64,000 bases of DNA, taken from NCBI GenBank assembly GCA_038143065.1, contig JAYQLI010000035.1, positions 2,144,894 to 2,208,893 of the forward strand, read 5' to 3'. Numbering within the stretch: the stretch's first letter is position 1; every line of letters starts with the position of its first letter. Both the position numbers and the translations under genes were made by a program. Below the pieces are notes generated by a model. The model was not told the origin of the DNA. It worked only from the letters and a program-made list of their open reading frames with translations, and did not search any database. Below, piece after piece: positions 1 through 11,654 of this stretch. The DNA comes from Rhodospirillales bacterium (lineage in GTDB: Bacteria; Pseudomonadota; Alphaproteobacteria; Bin95).

Positions 1-171
<171 letters not shown>

Positions 172-300
172 ATTAAAATACCAGTATCAAGAGTTCAAAC
201 TTTTATGCCAAAAATATCATAAGTAACGATTTTATTAAGGCCGCAAATTAAACGCCACCTGGGATCGATGGGATGCTCCTTAAGTTCTTCTCACTATCCC

Positions 301-1158
301 TTATCTATTGGACGTCTGCGATGTTTTTTGAAACACAAATCGCCGAAATATGCCATCCAATAAGATCATGTGCGGCACAGTCAGCGCTGCAAGACCAATG
401 AAAACTACTCGTAGCAGAGCTGATTCCAAGGTCATCACGGAGGTGCACCACCAAAAAACGATGCCACCTATACCCCAGCTAAATGAGGTAAGAAGCAGCG
501 CTTGTGTGTAAAGCTCGCCCCGAGGCTTGACTGATCTAACAAAGCACCAAATCTGCCAGACATGTCGAGAAGAATGTACAAGGCAAAAATAAAAAGCGAA
601 GCCGACAAGAGGCGGTGCTTGGGAAAATAAGAAGAGGAGTAGTGAGAGTTCTACTAATCCCGCCCGCCAATGGCGGTCCCGTAGTGCCTTCCACGCATAG
701 ATTGCTATCGACAGCACAACAATTAGTGAAATGCTATCGATAACAACCCAAACAGGGGCAGCTGAACCACCAGAAAGATAAGCAAAAATCCGGTCAACCT
801 CGGATCTGTGAAACTGGCTAATACCAGCTACAACCACGCCTCCATGGGCAAACGCCTGCACCCACCGAAGCCAACCACCACTTAGTCGGGCATCACCAAA
901 ACCAAAGTGCAGAATGCTAATAACTAAAAAAACCATCAACGACATGACTGGGAACTGCAGCCACAGATAAACAACCAAAGTAGCAAGGCCAATATACGGC
1001 AAAGTAAAACGCAATAACGAAGCTAATCGTTTAGAGTAGCCCAAATAGATTGCAATTGCCCCGTCAAAAGCACCGTGCGGCAATCCGATTAACACAACCG
1101 ACAATAAGGCGATTAGATTGGCTAGACCAAGACCTGTAACCAGCGCGTCTACTGCCAT
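301..1158 (-). CDS. blh: Beta-carotene 15,15'-dioxygenase (Brp/Blh family)
   Basis: GLPHGAFD, HFG, HSSRH and TVPH His motifs; multi-TM; likely start MAVDAL overlaps the crtY stop (TGATG). Confidence 0.93.
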   Translation of the reverse strand: MAVDALVTGLGLANLIALLSVVLIGLPHGAFDGAIAIYLGYSKRLASLLRFTLPYIGLATLVVYLWLQFPVMSLMVFLVISILHFGFGDARLSGGWLRWVQAFAHGGVVVAGISQFHRSEVDRIFAYLSGGSAAPVWVVIDSISLIVVLSIAIYAWKALRDRHWRAGLVELSLLLFLFSQAPPLVGFAFYFCLVHSSRHVWQIWCFVRSVKPRGELYTQALLLTSFSWGIGGIVFWWCTSVMTLESALLRVVFIGLAALTVPHMILLDGIFRRFVFQKTSQTSNR

Positions 1159-2338
1159 CAAGCATGTCCTGAGGGCGCCTTGTGGCGTGAATAGTTTGGA
1201 ACAAATCCAAATTGGCCGAGTATGAGCAGGACTACTGCTTTCAAAAACACCCATTTTGGCATCGAAAGAACTACTTTTGCTCTTAGCTTCGAGTTGGCTT
1301 CCCCACTAAGGAACAGGGCAAACTCATCGCCACTTAGGGCGCGAGCCATTCGGAGAAATAACCCAGTTGCCACACTAGGCCAATGGCGCAACACAGTGAC
1401 AAACACTTCATCCATCCAAAGATCAAATGTTTTATGAGGACGCTTCACTACCAGCGGTGATCCATGCTTATTGCCCGCAGATTTTGCCAAATCGATGGTC
1501 GCTGCAATTTGTTTTTGGATAAACGTAAATGCATAACCACTGGAAGGCCGAATCGCCCCACCATTGCTACCAATCCCGGTAGTACCCTTTTTATTTGGTG
1601 GTAATCGCCCAAGGGGTATAGCCCCAGCTTCAGTATTGATAATTTGAAAGTCATCAATCCCTAATTCTACCAACAAATATTCACGAATGGCGGATTCAAA
1701 AAAAACATCTGGCTCGCGATGCTGGGCAAACATCGTCGATTCAACTAGCGCTGAGCTGGACGAAAATGGCAATAGGTAAATAAAGTGGATGCCGTGGGAC
1801 TGATCACACCTAAAATCCATCAAGATAGCGGTGGTTGGATCAAAGCTACCTGTTGCCGCATGTATCTCCCAGCCGACGAAATGCTGGATCATTTGGCCTT
1901 TGGGTATCTGCGGGGGCGACTGTCAAGGATCTGGGCCGTCGGATCAGGTTTCACGGTATTTTGGTCAGCAAATATCACGCCACTATTTTTGGCTTGTTGG
2001 CGGCAGTAGGTTTCCCATTTGCTACGGCGCAGAGCGTGATAGCAATGGCTTTCAGATGTCATAACAACACTGCCCTCTGATGTTTTAATACACCAGTTTG
2101 ACCATTTACAATGGGCCAGACCAGCCGCTGTCTCCAACCCTTTAACCTGCCAAAAACCCCAAATGTGGTCTAAAGAGACTGGCGCGTTTTCAGGTCTGAG
2201 GATCATAATTTGGTGGTTAGGCAAAGCATCTGCCTGAGCGGCAAGTGATAGGCCCGCGCACCCATCCCCAATAACATGAACTGATTGAGCGCGATTAGAG
2301 CGCTTCTGCCTAGCTGACTTAGCCAGCTTACCCTGCAT
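1158..2338 (-). CDS. crtY: Lycopene beta-cyclase (frameshifted near 1890)
   Basis: N-terminal VIGDGCAGLSLA FAD motif in ORF 1889..2362; QHFVGWEI, MDFR, ALVEST and PSSGYAF in ORF 1158..1892; position in the PR operon. Confidence 0.9.
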
Positions 2339-3248
2339 GTGGCAAGCCTTGAAGGTGGACATGTAACGCCTGACTATGGGATCTGGGCTTCGGCAACACT
2401 CGTGTCAAAAGAGTGCTCACGGCAATCAATGAACAGCGCAACTTTGAGGCTTTGCTGGTGACTTGGCGTCCCTGATGCCAGGCATATCCATGATTAGCTA
2501 GCTGCACTCCAATTTGACGGTAAACGCGTCCTGCTACCGCGATAGCCAGATGCGCACGCCAGGGTAAGAATCGATATCCCCGCGCTCCACTGATATAGAA
2601 TTGGTCTGCTAAAACCAGCAACCGCTTTACTGCTGCGCGGACATGCTGTGCGGCCGGTTCATCTGGTGCATCTGCAGCAGCGCGGATTGCCTCTGGTGGC
2701 AAACCACCAACCCATTCTCCAGGAATGTATCTTCTACCCATATTGGCGTCTTCTAAAACGTCACGGGCAATATTTGTCAATTGCATCCCAATCCCTAGGT
2801 CAATGGCATATGCTTTGGCATTTTCATTAGCGCAGTTCAAAACCTCACACATAAGCAAACCAACGGTCCCGGCAACCCGATAGGCATAGATCACCAGCTC
2901 TTTTTCGCTAACAAGACAAACGTTATTTGCGGAGTCTTGAAGCAACCCATCTATTAAGGCTGTGAGGACATTTTTTGAAAAGTTCATGTCACGCATAAAG
3001 GATTGGAAGCTGGCAAAGGCTAGATCAGTGCTGGATTTATTTTGGATAAGATCGGCGTGAATACGAGCTAGACGTGCAGGCCCATCAGGAATATCACCGT
3101 CTGCCATGTCATCCAAAAGGCGACAAAAAGCATAGAGCCGTGCTGCATTGTCTCCCATCTGGGCACCGAGAAATTTGCTCGCCCAGTAAAAGCTCTTGCC
3201 ATTCGCCATCAGCGAATCTTGAGGTTTTAACATTTCATTACAGGTCAT
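2328..3248 (-). CDS. crtB: Phytoene synthase
   Basis: GKSFYWAS, LYAFCRLLDDMAD, YAYRVAGTVG and MQLTNIARDVLED motifs. Confidence 0.95.
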   Translation of the reverse strand: MTCNEMLKPQDSLMANGKSFYWASKFLGAQMGDNAARLYAFCRLLDDMADGDIPDGPARLARIHADLIQNKSSTDLAFASFQSFMRDMNFSKNVLTALIDGLLQDSANNVCLVSEKELVIYAYRVAGTVGLLMCEVLNCANENAKAYAIDLGIGMQLTNIARDVLEDANMGRRYIPGEWVGGLPPEAIRAAADAPDEPAAQHVRAAVKRLLVLADQFYISGARGYRFLPWRAHLAIAVAGRVYRQIGVQLANHGYAWHQGRQVTSKASKLRCSLIAVSTLLTRVLPKPRSHSQALHVHLQGLPHAG

Positions 3249-3295
3249 CCCTTCATCCCCTAACTAAGATGGATGCTAAAACAATTATCTCTTAG

Positions 3296-4853
3296 TCACT
3301 TGTCCTCACGCGCCCGCTCTTCTTCATTAATGAGTGCTGCGACCACCTTAGCAGAACACAGGACGCCTGGTATTCCCGCTCCTGGATGAGCGCCAGCAGC
3401 GGAAAAATAAAGATTTGGGATATGAGGGTCGCGATTGTGATACCGAAACCAAGCCGATTGTGAAAAAATTGGCGCAATTGAAAAGCCAGCGCCGTGCATG
3501 GATCGGTAATCAGACTCAAAATCTTTGGGTGTCATCCAGAAAACATCGCTAATTACGTCTTCTAGTCTGGGCATTATGGTCTCACTTAACGCCTCTACAA
3601 TTCGGGTGCGCAATTCTGGACCTTTAACTTTCCAGTCTACATTTCCAAGCAGATTGGGCACGGGACACAAAACGTAAAAACTATCACAACCTTCTGGTGC
3701 AAAGCTGGTATCGGTCGCAGTCGGTCTATGCAGATAAAGAGAAAAATCATCCGCCAGCACCTTTCGGTCAAAAATATCGGAGAGCAATTCCTTGTAGCGC
3801 GGCCCCATCCAAATGGTGTGATGCGCCACATTCGAATAACGCTGACGAGTCCCGAAAAACAACACATACAAGCCCATCGAATACTGGGTCATCGCTTCGG
3901 GGAGTAAACGCTTTCTTTTATTTACACCGGGTAACATCTGTGCATAGACCGTTGGCGGATCGCTATTGCAAATAATCCGTTTGGCGCTGAAAACCTCGCC
4001 ATTGGCGGCGCGAGCGCCCGTTGCGTAGCCCCGATTAAGGGTAATTTCCGTAACATCTATGCCTAATCTTACATCTACCCCTACCCGTTCCAGCAGGTTA
4101 TGCAATTCAGCCACCAGTTTGCCAGTACCCCCCATACAAAAGAACACGCCCCAGCGGCGTTCCAGATAATGGATAAGACTGTAGATAGAGGTCGTAGTGA
4201 ATGGATTTCCTCCGACCAGCAATGGGTGAATGGAAAACACCTGACGTAACAATGGATGCTGGATATGCTTATTAACAATACCTGCAACTGTCCTGAAGCT
4301 ATGTAACCGCAATAGCGATGGTATCTGCGCTGCCATCGTCCAGAACTTCACAAATGGCCTCGCGGCAAGCTTCTCAAAACCAACCTCAAAAATGTCCTTT
4401 GAGATTTTCAATAACCTAGCGTAGCCCGCAACGTCTGGGGCATGAAAACGCCTAATTTCAGCGTTCGTATCCTCAATTGATGGACGATAGTCAAACTGTT
4501 GGCCATCATGAAAATAAAATCGATACCATGGATCAAGAGGTCTGAATTCAAGATGATCTTCTCGACGTTCTCCAAACAGCGCAAATAACTCATCAAACAA
4601 AAATGGTGCGGTAATAACTGTGGGCCCGGCATCATGGCGAAAACCGCCTTTTTTCAAAAACCTGAGCGCGCCCACCTATAGCTTGAAGTCTGTCAACCAA
4701 TGTAACTGAATAGCCTTTGGCTCGCATTTGTAGGGCGGCTGCAATTCCTCCAAAACCGGCACCAATTACCAAAACATCGCTCTTTGGCCTAGGCGAGCAG
4801 TCAGTGGGGTCGTTTAGAAAATATGTGGTTTCTTCTTGCCACTTCTGGGACAT
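3296..4853 (-). CDS. crtI: Phytoene desaturase (frameshifted near 4655)
   Basis: VIGAGFGG Rossmann motif, DAGPTVIT, HPLLVGGNPF, GAHPGAGIPGVLCSAK. Confidence 0.95.
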
Positions 4854-4867
4854 GGTTGTCGCACTTT

Positions 4868-5908
4868 TTAAGAAGATGTGACTAGATGAGGTGCTAATGC
4901 AGCGACTGATTTTTGGCAAATTTGCTGCAGCAGTAGTTGAACCGGCATAATAACCTCGGTTATTTCGGCAGGCAGAGTTGCAACCAGCTGTTCGCTCTCC
5001 CTTAGCATTGCGTGCATTTTTTTAGCTGCATCATGCATAGCAAATGATTTTATGATTTCACGTTGCCTTATTTCCAGGTCAACATTGCAACCAGAAACGT
5101 ACCAGCTGTCAAAATCGACTTTTTCTTGCTCATCCAGCGCCTCACGATATAGCACAATAACCGCGTTCGGTGCGCGCCGTTTAAGGTCAGAACCAGTGGC
5201 CTCGGCGCCATCTTTACCCATGAAATTGAGAATATCATTAGCGACCTGGTAAGCGCTGCCAAGACATCGGAAATAAGCGTCTATGCTGGCTGTCGCAATG
5301 CCATGTAGCCCCATGGTTAAGACCCCCTCGAGCGGTGCGGTTAACAAAGGAGCAGTTTTATCGGCAGAAATTTGTAAATAGACTGGCCAGCTGCAAATGT
5401 GGGGGGTGCCGAATTCACATGCTTCTCCAAAAGCTGTTGTTTTCATGTGACTAGCTAGTATTTTGACCAGCATTGGAGACTGCGAACGTTGGGCCGCCTC
5501 GGCTGCTAGTTCAAATGACAAGGCAATCATCCAGTCACCCAGCGCTAATGCAACATTATGCCCGTATTTTGCGCATACAGTAGGGTGCCCCCGACGGAAC
5601 TCGTCACCGTCGCAAATATCATCATGGACCAATGAAGCATTATGCAATATTTCAACTGCGACTGCCCAATGTAATGCGGCCGCTTGGTCAACATTTAGCA
5701 AATGCGCGGCCCTTAGCGCCATTCTCGCTCGCAGCATTTTGCCAGTCTTTGCAAAGTGATGCGCAGCTGCTTCGGCCAGAGGTCGTCCAGGCTTTGGCAG
5801 ACGCGCTGCGATAAATTTCACTAATTGATCATTGGTAGACGTTCGAATGAAAGAGGCTTGTGCGTTGCTGGCGATATTGTCACTCGCTATTGGCGACAAA
5901 TCCTTCAT
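4868..5908 (-). CDS. crtE: Geranylgeranyl diphosphate synthase / polyprenyl synthetase
   Basis: GKMLRA, EILHNASLVHDDICDGD..RRG (FARM), KT motif; first gene after the rhodopsin. Confidence 0.88.
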   Translation of the reverse strand: MKDLSPIASDNIASNAQASFIRTSTNDQLVKFIAARLPKPGRPLAEAAAHHFAKTGKMLRARMALRAAHLLNVDQAAALHWAVAVEILHNASLVHDDICDGDEFRRGHPTVCAKYGHNVALALGDWMIALSFELAAEAAQRSQSPMLVKILASHMKTTAFGEACEFGTPHICSWPVYLQISADKTAPLLTAPLEGVLTMGLHGIATASIDAYFRCLGSAYQVANDILNFMGKDGAEATGSDLKRRAPNAVIVLYREALDEQEKVDFDSWYVSGCNVDLEIRQREIIKSFAMHDAAKKMHAMLRESEQLVATLPAEITEVIMPVQLLLQQICQKSVAALAPHLVTSS

Positions 5909-6041
5909 GGTGACTTGCCCTCGCTATCTAACTGAACCTTTTTGGTTTGACGTCGTTTGGTCCTCTGCGGAGAGTTTGAGACTTAATCGAAGTTACCAAA
6001 ACAGCTTTAGAGGGAATGTTCGCAACAAACTCAAGGTGATA

Positions 6042-6065
6042 GGGGCGGCACAGATAGGCCGCCCC
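6042..6065 (-). other. GC-rich stem-loop just 3' of the proteorhodopsin gene (mRNA stabiliser or partial terminator)
   Basis: GGGGCGGC-N8-GCCGCCCC inverted repeat, no U-tract on the minus strand. Confidence 0.55.
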
Positions 6066-6072
6066 AATCGTA

Positions 6073-6858
6073 TTATTTGGACGCTTCACTTTCGGTGACA
6101 GCAACGTTCCAAATGATTACACCAAACGCAATCTTATTCAGCACATCAGCTAGATTGTAGATCACGTTAAGTGAGTTAGCGGCAACTGACGGATCACCGG
6201 ATGCAAGATATCCGTAGAAGTAGCCAAGTGGGTAAATCGCCCAACCAATGGTCACAATCCAGCGCATTGTAGAGAATGCGGACTTAACCGAAGCGGGGGC
6301 CTGCTCTGCTGACATCTTGCCAGCTTCGCCCATGAAGATTTCATAAAGGATATATGCCCAACCAGCCATACCGATAACAAAGCCAAGCCATACATTTATA
6401 TAGCCAACTTCACCTGCATAACCGCCTATGAGCATGACTAAAGTGCCAATCATCAAACGCCAGAATATTCCACCTGACGCGCTTCCGACAGCACGAAGGA
6501 TCAAATAGAATTCGACCATAAGCAACGGCACGGTGATCAACCAGTCAATGTAGCGATAGACTGTTGGTGTATCGCCTGTGCTTACCCAAACGTCACGCAT
6601 GTAGAAATAGTGTACAGCCGCAACCAAGGTTACTAGACCTGACACGGTTAGTGACGTTTTCCACTTTGCAGAAACACGCTGTGTTTCAAGAAAGAAAAAC
6701 GCTGTCGCTGCGACAAGCGCCATAGATATCAGCCAGAATGAAATTCCGACATAGTCGTCGGCTTTAAGATTTCCACTTGCTGCAAACGCCGTGGCTGGTG
6801 AGGCGACTATTGTTGCTGCTGTCAGAGCAGCAAATTTTCTGCCGAAGATAAATTTCAT
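6073..6858 (-). CDS. prd: Proteorhodopsin, DTE-type proton pump, green-tuned (Leu105)
   Basis: Signal peptide; AAVHY (His75); RYIDWLITVPLLMVE (D97/T101/L105/E108 in GPR numbering); DVLNK (D227 and Schiff-base K231). Confidence 0.97.
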   Translation of the reverse strand: MKFIFGRKFAALTAATIVASPATAFAASGNLKADDYVGISFWLISMALVAATAFFFLETQRVSAKWKTSLTVSGLVTLVAAVHYFYMRDVWVSTGDTPTVYRYIDWLITVPLLMVEFYLILRAVGSASGGIFWRLMIGTLVMLIGGYAGEVGYINVWLGFVIGMAGWAYILYEIFMGEAGKMSAEQAPASVKSAFSTMRWIVTIGWAIYPLGYFYGYLASGDPSVAANSLNVIYNLADVLNKIAFGVIIWNVAVTESEASK

Positions 6859-7308
6859 AAGGTTCCTCCCCTTATTATTCCTAAATCGGTTGTTTTTGAA
6901 CGTCCATTGGTACTTAGAATTCCACTACCATAATCAAAAATTCAAAAATACCAATAACAAAGTAATTTTAAATTTCTAGGTTTAAATTGTGCGACTGATA
7001 AAGAGCTAAGTATTTAAGTAAAAAAAGAGAAAGTTTGCGGCCCATTTTGAGACAACGAAGGTTATACTAAGAGCGGAATAATCATTTATATTTTGCAAAA
7101 CGATCTATTGCGACAGCTGTCTGTAAACTTTTGTTATGGAGGCAAAAATTTGCTGATTTGATGTGGTGGCGAAGTCCAAGGAAGTGAGGATATAGTTTTT
7201 GGACTTCGATGATTTTTTTCCATAGACCCTCTTAAAATCATGAAGTTCGCTGCTTACGCAGCATCTGCTATGGAATTGATAGTTACTATCGAACTTTGAT
7301 TTTAGAGG

Positions 7309-9134
7309 CTATTCGACAGTTACCGATTTTGCGAGATTTCGGGGCTGATCAACATCTGTTCCTTTAGCAACGGCTGCAAAATAAGCCAGAAGTTGCATGG
7401 GAATGGAATAAAGTATTGGCGCTACAAATGGGTCACATGCCGGCATTTCTATGGTGTGGGCGGCATACTCTCCCGCTTCATTTATTCCTTGAGCATCAGA
7501 CACGAGAATTGCTTTACCGCCACGAGCAACCAGCTGGTGAAGGTTCGACGCTGTTTTTTCAAATAAGTTATCATATGGTGCTACGACGACTACAGGTACG
7601 TTTTCGTTAATTAGAGCAATGGGCCCATGTTTCATTTCTCCCGCCGCGTAACCTTCGGCATGGATATAAGAGATTTCTTTTAGTTTTAGGGCTCCTTCCA
7701 TGGCAATTGGGTGTGATGATCCTCGACCAAGGTAAAGCACATCCCTAGCTTCAGCTAAAACAGCTGCTACTGACCGAATTTGATCTTCGTTTGCTAAGGC
7801 TTGAGCTAATAGTGCCGGGGCAGATATCAGTGCGTTGGTAAGGCTTGCAGCTTTTGCTGCAGTGATTGCTTGTCGCCGGATAGCTGTTTCGATTGCAAAA
7901 GCAGCAAGCACCACTAATTGCGTAGTGAATGCCTTTGTAGAAGCCACGCCGATTTCTGGGCCGGCTAAGGTTTGAAGGGAGGCATGACTTTCCCGAGCAA
8001 TAGCACTTTCACATACGTTAACAACGGAAAGGATCGTTTGATCCTGAGATTTTGCGTAGCGGAGCGCTTCTAATGTATCGATAGTTTCTCCAGACTGAGA
8101 AACACAGATAAAGGCTCCGTCTTTTGGCATTGGAGCTTCGCGGTAGCGAAATTCACTTGCGATATCTATATCCATCGGTAATCGAGCGATTTGCTCCATC
8201 CAATATTTGCCCACCGCGCAGGCATAGAATGCGGTTCCGCACGCGCTAGCTGTAAATCTTGATGTTTTTCAAGCTCTATGGGTAGCTTGGGCAACTCAAC
8301 TGACTGAGTTTTATATGAATACAGCGCCCTCAACGTGTCACCAATAACTGTGGGCTGCTCGTGTATCTCCTTTTCCATGAAGTGACGATATTCACCCTTA
8401 CCAATCATTGCTCCCGAAATGGCCGATTGTTTAAGCTCACGCTTAACAGTTTGACCCGTTCGGTTCATGATTTTTACGTCTTGGCCCTCGATGATGACCC
8501 AATCTCCTTCCTCTAGGTATGTGAGGGTAGAAGTTAACGGGGCTAAAGCTAATGCATCGGAACCTAAATAAACCTCTTGGTTGCCGTATCCTAGAACCAA
8601 TGGGCTGCCTTGACGCGCTCCTATCATAAGACTTTCGTGGCCGCTGAACATGATCGCGAGCGCAAAAGCCCCGTCCAACATTTCTAAAGCACGATGTGTA
8701 GCGGCTTCTGGCGAAAGGCCGAGAGTTTCAAGATTGTAAGAAATGAGGCGTGCAACTACTTCTGTGTCAGTCTCTGTTTCAAAAGTAACGCCTTCAGCTT
8801 CCAACTCTCGGCGCAACGATCTGAAGTTTTCAATGATACCATTGTGAACAACAGCTACGTGATCCGTCGCGTGGGGGTGTGCGTTTAGTTCTGAAGGGGC
8901 ACCGTGCGTTGCCCAGCGGGTGTGACCAATACCAATTTTGCCATCAATTGGAGCGTCCTTTAAATGCGTAACTAAATTTGAGAGCTTTCCTTCTGCTCGG
9001 CGGCGTTCAATCGAGCCGTTAAATAAAGTGGCAACCCCTGCTGAGTCATACCCCCTGTACTCAAGTCGCTTGAGGCTCTCGATAAGGTTTGGAACCACAT
9101 CCTCTTGACTAACTATTCCAATAATACCGCACAT
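7309..9134 (-). CDS. glmS: Glutamine-fructose-6-phosphate aminotransferase (frameshifted near 8215-8260)
   Basis: N-terminal MCGIIG, LEYRGYDSAG, GHTRWATHG; C-terminal DQPRNLAKSVTVE. Confidence 0.97.
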
Positions 9135-9167
9135 TCAGATTATGATCTCCACATTAACCTAGGGCCG

Positions 9168-10557
9168 TTATTTATCTTTTTCGTGAGTTTTCCGAGAACG
9201 AAAACGTAGTGCCCATTTGGGGTGGTTTGATTGAGATGCTCTTTCAAGGCTCAAGGCATTATCTTGAACATCTTTGGTTATAGTGCTTCCTGCCCCAACA
9301 ATAGCACCATCTCAATCTTTACCGGGGCCACCAAAGCACTATTTGAGCCAATAAAGGCTTCCCTTACCTATATCAGTAAAATATTTATCAAAGCCGTCAT
9401 AATTACAGGTTATGGTGCCCGCCCCGATATTTGCTTTGGTGCCAACTCGCGCATCTCCTATGTAAGCTAAGTGATTTGCTTTAGCGCCGGCTTCAATAAT
9501 GGATCCTTTAACTTCAACAAAATTCCCAATTCGAGCGGATGCTCCAATTTCGGTTCCAGGGCGAAGCCGAGGCATACGGTCCTACTATTGCTCCGGACGC
9601 GATATTGGCGCCCTCAATATGGCTAAATGCGCGAATGGTTGCGCCTTTTTCTATGATGGTACCAGGACCCAAAATGACATTTGGTTCGATAACGACATCT
9701 TGTCCAACTTTAACATTATGGCTGAAAAACACAGTTTCAGGCGAAATCATCGTCACTCCAGCTGTCATGGCAGCCAATCGAGCCTGATTCTGAAAAACTG
9801 CTTCTGCAGCAGCTAAATCAATCCTATCGTTAACTCCCTGTAATTCGCTTTCTTCGCCTTCAACCACCGCAGCTAGACCTTTGTCAGCACGTAAAAGTGC
9901 TACGATGTCAGTCAGATAGTACTCACCCTTAGAGTTTTTATTTTCAACCTGTTCCAACAGTTTACAAAGTTTTGGGCCATCAACTAGCATGACACCAGAA
10001 TTACAGAGATTGTTTTTTCTTTCTTCTACATTGGCGTCACGAACTTCGACGATCCGATCTAGATAGCCATTTTGATTCAACATCAAGCGGCCGTATGCGC
10101 TTTCTTCCCTAGTTCTCATTCCCAGGACTACGATGTCAGGCGAGTCTTCTGCCATGCGTCGGTCAAGCATTGCTTGCAACGTTGATTGACGTATCAATGG
10201 TGTGTCGCCGAAGAGGATAAAGATATCACCATCAAAGCCTTCATAGAGGGATTTAGCTGCTTTAGCTGCGTGAGCTGTACCAAGGGCTTCTTGTTGAATG
10301 GCCGTAGCGAAAGGGTGGACGGCCTCGATTACTTCGCTGTCACCGGGAGCTACGACAACACAGATTCGTTCAGCATTGAGGCCATTTATCAAATCCAGAA
10401 CATGATTAATCATAGGCTTACCGCCTATTTGGTGTAAGACTTTGGGGAGGCTGGACTTCATTCTTGTGCCCTGACCAGCGGCAAGCAGAATAGCGCCAAG
10501 TGATTTTTTTGATGAATTTATTTGTTGGTTCAAGATGCGATCCAGACTTTCAAACAA
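9168..10557 (-). CDS. glmU: Bifunctional UDP-GlcNAc pyrophosphorylase / glucosamine-1-P acetyltransferase (multiple frameshifts)
   Basis: [44 protein letters not shown]; C-terminus reconstructed to the stop at 9168. Confidence 0.95.
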
Positions 10558-10709
10558 AGTGTTGCTAGAGGCCTTACTTAAGAAATCATGTGATAATTAT
10601 CATTCGCATGTAATTTCCCCAAATTATTTGAAAATCAATGCAACCAAAGGTGTGAAATTTCAAAGACAAGACGAACTTTGTGTTCTTAATATCATTGGAA
10701 AAACGAGCG

Positions 10710-11382
10710 ATGAATAGCCCGCGTGCACTTATATTTGATCTTGATGGGACGCTAACTGATAGCGCTCCTGCTATTGGCCGTGCGCTCAATCGTCTTTGGG
10801 CCGACATGCAGCGGGCGCCGATACCTCAGGTGGCTATCAGGGGATATATTGGCGATGGTCCAGCAGCACTGATCAAATGTGCCCGCAGAGACAGTGGCCT
10901 AGAGCCTGACCCATTAGCCGAACAGGCTGAGGCTAATGAGTTTTTGAGAATTTATGCTGAAGATGGGCCAGGCGGAGAGGTCTTCCCAGGTGCAATTGAG
11001 GTTTGTGAAGAATTAGTTTCAGCTGGTTTAGAGTTGGCAGTTTGTACAAACAAACCTCAAGATGCCGCGTGGCGTTTGCTATCAATGCTAGGGCTTGCTC
11101 CTTTTTTAGTTGGGTGCGTGGGTGGAGATGCAGCGCCATTGCGCAAACCTGACCCTGCCCACGTTTTTGAGACTCTGAAACTTTTCAATAATATTGCGCC
11201 GTCGCAGGCTCTGATGGTTGGAGATGGTTTGCAGGATGTGGCCGCAGCAGAGGCGGCCGGAGTGAACGTGATAGTGGCTTCGTATGGTTACGGGGGTTTC
11301 AACTGCACGCCCTGACTTGCCAAGCATCAAAACGATTAGGGATCTCCCAGAGCTTCTAGAGCTAAAAAGAGATAAACCCTAG
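10710..11382 (+). CDS. gph: Phosphoglycolate phosphatase-like HAD hydrolase (frameshift near 11295)
   Basis: FDLDGTLTDS, CTNKP, KPDP and MVGD motifs. Confidence 0.8.
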
Positions 11383-11441
11383 ATAATTGTTCAATGTCAA
11401 AAAGCGTAAGGTTTAATTAGCCTTTTGTGTAGATGCTTACG

Positions 11442-11654
11442 TTATTGTTTTTGCTCAGCAGTGATGCTGCTTCGGGCTTTGTCAATGGTGGTTAAAACTT
11501 GATCTAAGTCGCCAACAAGGTTCGCGAGAAGTAATATCAACCTACTGTTCAATTGGCGGCTTTCTGAATCGGTGAGATTTTCATGAGCGTCTACCAAAGC
11601 TTCAAAGAGATCATCAGGCTGCGAAACACGGATCTCTTTAGGATACTGTGTCAT
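11442..11654 (-). CDS. DUF2783-family small protein
   Basis: PDDLFEALVDAHENL...LNSRLILLLANLVGD pattern. Confidence 0.75.
   Translation of the reverse strand: MTQYPKEIRVSQPDDLFEALVDAHENLTDSESRQLNSRLILLLANLVGDLDQVLTTIDKARSSITAEQKQ

Noticed and set aside
6073-6858. Carotenoid-antenna (fenestrated) or xanthorhodopsin-type rhodopsin
   Set aside because: The helix E position equivalent to GPR F152 is Phe (WLGFVIG), not Gly; no carotenoid ketolase or hydroxylase gene nearby
7200-7330. Tn7 element at attTn7 downstream of glmS
   Set aside because: No TGT...ACA ends, repeated TnsB sites or tns genes seen
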